Below, piece after piece: positions 49,187-64,000 of a DNA stretch of 64,000 nucleotides. The DNA is taken from the NCBI RefSeq assembly GCF_009914755.1, contig NC_060932.1; one strand, 5' to 3'. Numbering within the stretch: the first letter of the stretch is position 1; every line of letters starts with the position of its first letter. The notes under the pieces are model-generated. The model was not told the origin of the DNA and did no database searches. It saw nothing but the letters and a program-made list of their open reading frames with translations. Both the position numbers and the translations under genes were made by a program. Source of the DNA: the human T2T-CHM13v2.0 reference genome, Homo sapiens.

Positions 49187-50529
49187 AAAGAAAGAGAAAG
49201 TAACCCACAAAGAGATAAATTAAAATGAAAAAAAAAAAAAAGCCTATCAAAGAATTATCTTCTGGATGTATACTAGGCCCAGGTGATTTTACGAGAAAAT
49301 TATTTCAAATATGGGATATTTTATTTTACATTAACTGACGTACTTTTCATTAAAATAACTCTTACTTTCTCTTAGTTGCCTGGCAGCTCATTGTTCTTAA
49401 CTCAAAGGCATTCACCGCTTTGAGGATATGGCAGTTCCAAGAACAAGAAGATGTTGCTAAACTTTGAGTTTCAAAGCAGGTTTTACTTTATGGGAGAAAG
49501 CCTGAATGCCAAAAACACTTGATTTTCAAGAGTCAGATATGTGAGAAAGAAGCCATTTTTATTTTATTTTGTATTCTAAAAAACTTGACTTTACAATTAA
49601 AGGCTATAGATGAAGCCACTGAGAACAACATAGAGTGTATGATCATATAATAAAAGGATAGTTTTGGTGACGTAGAGAGACATCAGACAGAGAGTCTCTG
49701 AGAGTGCTCAGCAACCTGACTGTCTCCTGCTGGACACTGAAGAGCAGGATGAGAGAAACCCAGATCATTTAGTGCATCCCAGAGCAGAGCCATAGGCTGG
49801 TTTCTGTAGCCCAGCAAGCCTCGGAGGACAAAGAACAAGAGTGGTAAAAGCAAAATACTTGAGTGGACCACCTGGGTGGATGGAAGCCTCATTTGCTCAC
49901 ATGCACCCATGGGCAGGTAAGGGAAAGCAGCCAAGCACTAGTGGCCACAGAAGTGCTGAATAGGGAGGTGGACAGATTCGAAGGGTCCTGTTATCAGGAC
50001 AAAGGTATGCAGTGCTCCTGGGCCCATTGCCCACTAGAGACTATATAGCAGGGCTGGGCACATCTGCTTCAGCACCAGCATATGGCAGCAGGAGCCAAAG
50101 GACATGATGCCAGGACAAGATAACCCACCCCATGCTAGAAAGATGAGAAAGCCTCTTGGAATTAAGATCACCATGGGAAAGAAGAGGGGAAAGGGAGACA
50201 ACTGACTTAAGTTTATACTCTGAATTGATACACATCAATACAAAAGCAGCTAAGATTTATAAAAGTAAGTTTTCTCTCATCAGCAGAAGTGGGCTGTCCT
50301 GAACTAAGTATCTGTTACAGAGAAATGAAGACACATATTTTTATCTCTGAGCCTGTGTAAAATTCATACCTGCTATAAAGATGAAATAGGTAAAGATATT
50401 TCCCTTGCTATAAAATATAATTTCACATTAGAGAAAAGCACAGGAAGTTTCCCAATACAATTTACAAAGCTAGCGCAAGTGTAATACCACAACTTAACAA
50501 AGTGAAAAAAAAAAAGAGTAATTACCAAC

Positions 50530-51269
<740 letters not shown>

Positions 51270-51745
51270 CCTTTCTTATGAAAATAAAAGCATTCCAACA
51301 TTCATTCCTAATATTAAAAACACATCTGAATGGAGCTCATAAGTAAGCAGACCATGTTCTGTGGGGCAAAGGTGTTCCATGTAGCAATCAGAAAAATATA
51401 CAGCGACAATCTTGTTTTCTGCAAAAAAATAAGACCATTTATTGTGCTATTGGGAAATCAGATTTCTGTCCTGCTCAGTAGGCATTTTCAGCACCTGCTC
51501 CTATACCAGTCCTCCTGCTAGAAAGGACCAGTGCCATCATGATGCCATCTCTGATTGTCCCCCAGCACCAGTGAACCCTCAGGGGACTCACATGAAGGCT
51601 CCAAGACACCATACAATCGTGTATGGTCAGTGAAGATCTGGTAGTTTGTTGTCAGTGAGCAATATCTTTATTATATGAGTTCTTGTAGCATCTTAAGAAT
51701 TATACATGTATTTGAAATACCCAAACTAAGCTACACGGCTAGTAA

Positions 51746-52090
<345 letters not shown>

Positions 52091-52249
52091 TAGCTTTAGA
52101 ATCTCATTTCTAGGCTGAATTTGAATCCATATTTATTGTCTTTTGTATCTTGGAAATTAGAGACTTGCTATAGACTAACCCAAATATTTGTCAACCTCAT
52201 AGCTGACTTTAAAAATAATTGTAATACAATTAAGCTATCTGACTCAAAA

Positions 52250-55200
<2,951 letters not shown>

Positions 55201-55966
55201 AACAATTTTAAAAATCTTAGTTAAGCTAAAATGGGAGTTTTTTCTTAACAAATTAAATGAAGTATATATTAAATCATAAATATATATGGAGAAAGTGATT
55301 AAATTTAATAAAGTTTATTAAAGAAATCTTAACTTTTTAAAAAAATATCGAATAAATGGAGATACATATCTAGTTAGTTGAGAAGATTTAATATTTCAAG
55401 AATATCAGTTTTCCTTATGAATTCATAAAAGTAATTCCAGTCAAAATTTTGAGTTTTTAGTGCAACTTTACAAAATAAGTCTAAACTTCATTTGGAAGAG
55501 TCAATGTGGCAGAATATTCAAGACATTTTTTGAAAAAGAAAGTTAATGGAGTGTAGAGGGGAGAATATTATGCCTTATTAATAGTTTTCCTGTAAAGCTA
55601 CAATAATTAAAACAGTATGATATGTTACAACAATAAATAGCTCAATGAAACAAAATTGAAAGTCTAGGAATAAACCCAAGAATGAGTAAATATTTAATAT
55701 ATGGTAAGAGTGTGATTTAATTAGGGAAGTAAGACGCTGGGACAACTGACTATTAATAAAAAAAATCAGATAGTTCAAAGAGAAAAGTATAACATAATGA
55801 GAAGAATAATATAAAATATTTATATGATATTGGAGAGGGAAAGGCCTTTCTAAGAATAAAAGCAAAAAAAAAAGACACTCTAAACAAAAAATGGATCTTT
55901 TACAAGATAAAAATCTGGAATTCTTGAATGTCAAAAAACAGTATAAAAGTCAAGCAACAAATTAGG

Positions 55967-56336
55967 TGTATTCATTTGTTTTAACACTGCTGATAAACAC
56001 ATACCCGAGACTGGGTGATTTATAAAGAAAAAGAGGTTTAATGGACTCACAGTTCCACATGGCTGGGGAGGCCTCACAATCATGGCGGAAGGTGAAAGGC
56101 ACATCTTAAATGGCAGCAGGCAAGAGAGAGAATGAGAGCCAAGCAAAAGGGGTTTCCCCTTATAAAACCATCAGCTCTTGTGTGACTTATTCACTACCAC
56201 AAGAACAGTATGGGGTAACCCCCCCACCCCCGCATGATTCAATTACCTCTCACCGAGTCCCTTCCACAACATGTGGGAATTATGGGAGCTATAATTCAAG
56301 ATGAGATTTGGGTGGAGACACAGCCAAACCATATCA
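55967..56336 (-). mobile_element. THE1B-like MaLR LTR within an old AT-rich L1M
   Basis: TG...CA ends; ggactcacagttccacatggctggggaggcctcacaatcatgg. Confidence 0.88.
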
Positions 56337-56719
56337 CTGGGAAATAATATTGACAACAGATGACAAAATACTAATAATATATAAAGAAAGCCATTATAAA
56401 CCAATAAGAACAAAAGTAGCTTTCCACTCGAAAAATGTGTAAAGACCGTGAACAAATAATCACAGGGGAAGAAATAAAAATTTGACTAAAACAATGCAAA
56501 ATGAAGCACTAGCACTCAAAGAATGCAAAACGAAGCCAGGTACATTTTGATACATAATGCCTATCAAAAGCCTTAAAATGTTTATATAATTTAACCGAGA
56601 TATTCTATCTGAAATTTACCTTAAGGAAATGCCCAAGTATAATCAATATTATTTATAATAGTAATAATCTGAAAACCATATCAGTTTAACAATAGGAAAT
56701 TAGAATTTTACAAATTATA

Positions 56720-56990
56720 GTTTTGTTTTCTGTGTTTTCAGACAGGGTCTCACTCGTCATCTAGGCTGGAGTGCAGTGGCAGGATCGGGGTCACTGCAAC
56801 CTTGACCTCCTTGGGCTCAGGTGATCCTCCCACTTTAATCTCCCAAGTAGCTGGGACTACAGGCATGTGTCACTATGCCCAGCTAGTTTTTCTATTTTTT
56901 GTAGAGATGGGGTTTCCACATGTTGCCCAGGCTGGTCTTGAACACCTAGACTTAAGTGATCTGCCCACGTCAGCCTACTGTACCTGGCCA
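56720..56990 (-). mobile_element. AluJ
   Basis: Dimeric Alu. Confidence 0.85.
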
Positions 56991-57041
56991 AATTGTAGTA
57001 TTTTATACAGGAGAATGCACCACCATAATTTAGAAACACAC

Positions 57042-57723
<682 letters not shown>

Positions 57724-58069
57724 CACAAAAACTATTTTTTAAAAACCCATCAGTCTCATACTCTATGTTCTCGTTTAATTTCCTTCTTTCCACACACAAC
57801 TCCGCAGATGGTTGCTGCTAAACTGTGACAGTCTTTACCTCCGTTTGTCCCCTCAATGTTGCACGGTTTGATTTGTAATTTTCTAGTGCCTTCTCCCATT
57901 CTCCAGTGTAATCATTACAAACCTTCTGCACCCTCAATAAACCTCTCTATCTGTGTTTCATGGTCCTTTCTACTTTATAGAGAAAAATAGAAGTTACGAG
58001 ACAAAAACCACCTGAAATCCTCCATCTTCCTCCCAACATGAGGGAGAAGCCATTTCCCCTTGAGTCTAA

Positions 58070-58443
<374 letters not shown>

Positions 58444-59589
58444 CTATCTCTCTCCTTTCCTTCACAGCCAGACTCCTTGGAAGAGCAACCTGCACGCACT
58501 GCCTCCACTTCTACAAACCGACTTCCACAGCTCCACTGGTTCTGAAAGAACAAGGCCAGCTTGTTCACTGGCAACTCAATCTGAAGGACATGCTGCACTG
58601 CCCATTGCTGAACTTCTGTGCAGCATTTGACACCTGACTACTCTCCCTTGAAATGCTCACCTCCTTCGGTGTATCTGGGCCTTTCTGGTTTTCCTTCCAC
58701 CTCCCTGGCCAGTCTATCCTTTGAATGTGACTTTCCCTCAGGTTTTGCCCACTGGATTCATCTTCTTACTTTCTGCAGGATAACCTCCACTCTTCTCCTG
58801 CTTCAGCTATCCCCTTGCTGGGAATGATCTACACATCCCTATCTAAGTTGATTTACCCCCTTGCTGGCCATTATTTACACATCCCTATCTAAGTCCAAAT
58901 CCTGGTATCCAGCTGCCTCCTGGATGTTTCCACTTGGATGTGTCTCAGGCCCCTTGCACTTGAACTTGTATAAAGGAATTGGCCTCATCTCCTTCTGCAA
59001 ATCTGCTCTTCCTCTGTGTTCTCAGTTTCAATGGACCACCTTCCACCCAGGACCCCAGCCCAGATGGTGGGCGTCAGTCACGATGCCCTCTCTCCCTCTT
59101 CCTCGCATTCCGTCAAAGGCCACTTCCTGTTAAGAGTAGAGCCTGGATGTTCCAAACCAACTCCTCCACTAGGCACGGCGCTTAGGGTTCATGACACATG
59201 TAGGGGCTCATGAAAAAGTTTTCATTTCTTTTAAAATTAGAAGAATAAAATTAACATAACCTGGCCCAAAGTATATTCATTTTTATACCAATGCAGTCAT
59301 CACACGTAATTTTAAATATCATTTAATGGAGGAAATGGTCCACAAAGTCAAAAGTGCCCAGACCCCACCAAAGTCAGCGCATGGCCTTGCTAAGGTTTCT
59401 TGAATCTGGTATACTGCTTCATGTCTGTTGTCACCACTGTCAGCCCTCCCGGGGACGTTAGGTGCCACCACACACCCTCCTTCTTGCTATGCCTCCAGTC
59501 TCACCCACTTCCACACCACTTTCTGCCCTGCAACCAGAGAGATCTTCCTGAGCTGCTTCTGCACTTCCCTGGTATAAAAGCCTTTTGCT

Positions 59590-59765
59590 CAGTGGTTCTC
59601 AAACATTAACAGGCATCAGAGGCGCTCGGAGCAGGCTGCGAAGATGTGGAGGGTTGGACCCTACTCCCAGCGTTTCAGACTCAGTAGATCTGAAGAGGAG
59701 CCTGACAACTGGCTTTTCTGACCTGCTCCCCTGGCTGCTGACCATGCTTTGAGAACCTCCTGCTC
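59590..59765. mobile_element. MER5A hAT MITE
   Basis: cagtggttctcaaa ... tttgagaacc terminal inverted repeats. Confidence 0.8.
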
Positions 59766-60164
59766 TAGCAGTTCCCCTGTTCTGTCAGGATGAAGTCCAC
59801 ACTTCCTCACAAGGCCCTTCCAGATATGGCCTTCTTTTTCCTTCTCGGCTTCATCCCTCCTCCTGCCTTTCTGAATCTGCCGTGCAGCCATCCTGCGATG
59901 GGTGCAGTTTCCCGGGAAGGCATGCTCTCCACCAGGCCCCTGCGCCTTTGCACAGGCATAGCCTCCCTTGCCGGGAACTTCTCCAGCCTTCACTCCCTTC
60001 CCCTGACCTGGCTGGTGCTTCTCAACCTTGCTGCCTGTTCTCAGAAGTCTCCTGTTCAGGAAAGTCATGTTGGTCCTCCACCTGCCCCCAAGACAGTGCC
60101 CCTCTAGGGGCTCTGACCCCACCCTGTGCTCACCTCTCCTGGCTTTTATTTCCCTGAACTCTAA

Positions 60165-60500
<336 letters not shown>

Positions 60501-61753
60501 CTGCTCTCCCCCATGTCAAACCACGAGAGACCCTGGAGGGCAAGCAGTGGGTCTCACTCCCAGCTGTATCAGCAGTGCCCAGCCCGGGCCTGGCACTTCC
60601 TCACTGATGAAACGATCACTGAATGAATGGAGAAATGGGTGATGGGAGGGAGGCCCTTCTCTTTCATTATATAATGAAAATCTCCCTCCTTGCTAAGGCA
60701 AAGATGGAAATGTCAGAGGCAGAGGCTGCTTAGGGGACAGAGGGAAGAGGCAAAGTCTGCAGGAGGGGGTAGCACAGAGGTACCCTCCTTCCTGGAGGCC
60801 TCTTCTATCCCTCAACAGACCAGAGCAGCAGCCTGCCCCACCGGCATCTTCTCAGCCATCTCAGCCCATCAACCTCACCACCCCTCCCACGCCCCACCAT
60901 TTGAGTCAGATGAGACCCACCCCAGGCACCAGCCCTTCCAGGGAGTCACCTGACCACTTCCGGGGCTCCCAGCCAGCTCCGCTGGGAGCCATGTGATCAC
61001 TTAGGTATGCACGACCAGCTCCTCAAGGGATGCTCTGAGGGGTGACCTTGCTGTCCAGAACGGGCCCAGCTCCCTCCCTCCGAGTTTGCTGATATATGGT
61101 TGGGCTGATTCCCGGGTCTAGGGTGGGGGTATGGAGGGAGGAAAGCCGGGAGGAAAGGGCAGGGGAGACTGGTTTGTTCTCTGCAGACATCTGGCCCCGA
61201 TTTCCAAGCCTGGGTTACATAACACCTGAGGAGAACTGGGCTCCCGTCACCCACACCTCTTCCCTTTCTGTGGAGCATTTCACAACTGCAGCTGCTTCTC
61301 AGAGGTCTATTTTGGGAGCTGTTTTCATTTGACCTATATTAAGCACAGTCACAAGGCAGAGGCAAAGTGCGGGGTGCAGGGTGGCCTGCCGGCTCTTTGT
61401 GCCGTTTTTAGTGTCTTGGGTGAGACAACCAGACAAGCTGGGGGCCCACAGCACTCACTCCAGCGCAGGCCAGGCCTCTGCCCCATTTCACAATTCTAAT
61501 TTTCCTCCTCCTGAGGCCCAGCTAAAAGATTAGACCTTAGTCACTGCCACATTGGTCAGGGAGAGATTTCGGTTCCCTGAAGGCCTAGAAGCTATAAGGC
61601 CAGGCCAGGTTGCATCCTGGGTCTATGAAGTGCAGTTTGTAGAGAGTTTAATTGGCCATCAAGCCCCTCCACTGGGAATTCCCTTTCCTGAGGTAAAAAT
61701 TAAATCACATGACCAGCAGGGGGAGAGAAAGGGCTGCTGGGAGCTGCATGGCC

Positions 61754-61812
61754 CAGGTACTGTGCTCAGGTAGGTACTGTGCACAAACAGGTACTGTGCA
61801 CAATCAGGTACT
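61754..61812. repeat. 17-bp tandem repeat (aggtactgtgcacaaWc)
   Basis: Two full copies plus partial copies. Confidence 0.85.
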
Positions 61813-61966
61813 ACTCAGAGTTCCTGCTACACGAACTTTAAAGACCCGCGCATAAAATGACAAGGGAAATGCCTCACCCACTAAGCGCCCCAATTGTCCC
61901 TCTTCATCTGGGGTTATCTCCTGGATCAATGTTTTGTCCCTTGAGATTCTTTCTATCATCTCCCTG

Positions 61967-62016
61967 GACATCTCTTTCCAGGGCCTAGACATCTCTTTCC
62001 AGGGCCTAAACATCTC
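61967..62016. repeat. 21-bp tandem duplication (gacatctctttccagggccta x2 plus a partial copy)
   Basis: Exact copies at 61967-61987 and 61988-62008. Confidence 0.9.
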
Positions 62017-62833
62017 CCCCAATACTGCTGACCCCAAAACCCACATGGGAGGCGCCTCCTCTCTCCCAAGAGAGTCAAGCCCACATCTCCAAACAGTTGT
62101 CCCCCTGGCGCATCACATGTAAAGGGCTCAAAGTGGAACTGCATGCTTCCTTCCCACCCAAACCAGCCCTCTCCCCTCTGATGCTGCTCTTGGTGGGGCC
62201 CCTTCACCTGCCCCACCCTGTTTCTACCTTAGAAGGGGTGGAACGGGGTCTTCTCTCACTAGCTGGGGAGATCCTGAAGTTGCATTTCCTTGGAACTGCC
62301 AGAAAAGACTGCAGGCTGTGGGACAGGCTTTGGTGGGAGTTTGTCACACATACCAAAAGGGTCCCTTGACTCCCTCCCACCAGAGCTGGCTAGAGGCACA
62401 GCAGGAAGTGGAGAGGTGAGGCCCTTGGGAGTTGGTGCATGCGGTGTGTTTCATGTGGCCCAAGTGCTGGAGGCCTGAGGCTGAGAAGGCCAGGGGATGT
62501 GAACTAAAATGCAGAAGCGAAAGGAGATAAAAAGCACTAGAAAGTGCTAGAACTAGGCTTGGACTAGAGGGTGTCAAACCTGACGGATGGGCAGAAACTT
62601 CTAGGTACACAGCCCCCAGGTAAGATCAGAAAACGCACCTCACACAGGATGTGTGTGAAACCTGGAGAATGCAACAGGCTTGTTGGAGCAAAAGGTGGGA
62701 TAGGCAAGAAAGAGGGAACCAGTCCAAGGGGGCCTGAATTCAAACCTGCTTTTCCAGCTGGGTGGCCCCTTCCCTCCCTCCTCTTCCCTCCCTCCTGTCT
62801 CTTCCTAGATCTCTCTCTCTAAAGACCACTGGG

Positions 62834-63151
62834 GGCCAGGTGCGGTGGCTCACACCTGTAATCTCAGCACTTTGGGAGGCCAATGCGGGCGGATCATGAG
62901 GTCAGGAGTTCGGGACCAGCCTGACCAACATGGTGAAACACCGTCTCTACTAAAAATATAAAAATTAGCCAAGTGTGGTGACACACACCTGTAATCCCAG
63001 CTACTCAGGAGGCTGAGCCAGGAGAATCACTTAAACCCAGGAGGTGGAAGTTGCAGTGAGCCAAGATCATGCCATTGCACTCCAGCCTGGGTGACAGAGC
63101 GAGACTCTGTCTCAAAAAATAAATAAATAAATAATAAAATAAAATAAAAAA
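62834..63151 (+). mobile_element. AluS
   Basis: TSD taaagaccactgggg. Confidence 0.92.
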
Positions 63152-63601
63152 TAAAGACCACTGGGGACTCCTGGGGGAGAAGGGCAAGGGTCAAAGCTGT
63201 AAAGTCCTTTATTTAAGCCGAAATTATGAGACCACCTCAGGCAGAGAGCTGACGACAGCCAGTGGGTATCACAGTTTGAAAACAGGCTGTCTCCCAGGAC
63301 ATCCTACTGCAAAGAGAGATTCCCGGACAGTAAATATTTCTGTTTTGGAGGTGGGGAAGACGGGACAAAAAGAGCTGTGGAAAGAACCTGGAAGCAGAGC
63401 CAAGCAAGGCACTTGAGGGGTTCAGGAAGAAAAATCCACTTAAGTCGTCAAGGAATAAAAAGGCAGTATTGTTTTCTACCCAACAAAGTGCCAAAGAAGA
63501 AAAATAAAAGAGAGTGATCCCAATATTGGGAATACCGCCATTTTTAGTTGGGGTAAATGTCAGAAGCACTGTTTTTGTTGACATAGCATAATCCATAGAA
63601 C

Positions 63602-63892
63602 TTTTTTTTTTCTGATACAGTCTCATTCTGTCACCCAGGCTGGACTGCAGTGGTGCCATCTCAGCTCACTGAAACCATCACCTCCCTAGTTCAAGTGATT
63701 CTTGTGTCTCAGCCTCCCAAGTAGCCGTGATTACAAGCATGTGCCACCATCCCCAGATAGGTTTTTTTTTTTTAAGTAGACACGGGTTTTGCTATATTGG
63801 CCAGGCTGGTCTCGAACTCCTGATCTCAAATGATCCACCGGCCTCGGCCTCCCAAAGTGCTAGGATTACAGGCGTGAGCCACTGTGCCTGGC
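63602..63892 (-). mobile_element. AluS
   Basis: Dimeric Alu. Confidence 0.88.
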
Positions 63893-64000
63893 CTAGAACA
63901 ATTTTTTAATGAAAATATACATATCAAGATGCAAGCTCCCAGGCAGGTACAGTGGCTTATGCCTGCCATCCCAGCTACTTGGGAGGCTGAGGTGGAAGAG

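Noticed and set aside
61804-62122. Heptad-like peptide repeats (RPWKEMS; LDISFQG)
   Set aside because: Produced by the 21-bp DNA duplication; no splice or coding support.

Overview
Human genomic DNA (it carries a human-lineage AluYb8-type insertion) covering the 5' end of PEBP4 on the minus strand. I recognise PEBP4 from the translated peptide; from memory the locus is 8p21.3, with RHOBTB2 lying beyond the right end. Two coding exons are fully supported by splice signals and frame: 14697-14567 (start codon and signal peptide) and 6940-6814. A short non-coding first exon (~14806-14900) and a palindromic TATA box (15021-15032) lie upstream. The remaining ~49 kb is repeat-dense upstream or intergenic DNA: more than 40 Alus, decayed L1M/L2/MIR, MaLR and ERV1 solo LTRs including a HERV-H LTR7B, and Tigger/MER5 DNA transposons. 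Nearly all ORFs in the supplied track are Alu-derived or chance. I found no demonstrably new biological system. The best leads are: a scrambled, locally templated insertion inside an L1 (53697-53830); a multi-level nested LTR/Alu cluster with an LTR7B pointing toward PEBP4; a possible intronic polyadenylation giving a truncated secreted PEBP4; a coding-like possible fossil exon in intron 2; a young, possibly polymorphic AluYb8; and two tandem CTCF motifs. Repeat subfamily names come from recalled consensus sequences, and their boundaries are approximate unless a target-site duplication (TSD) is given.
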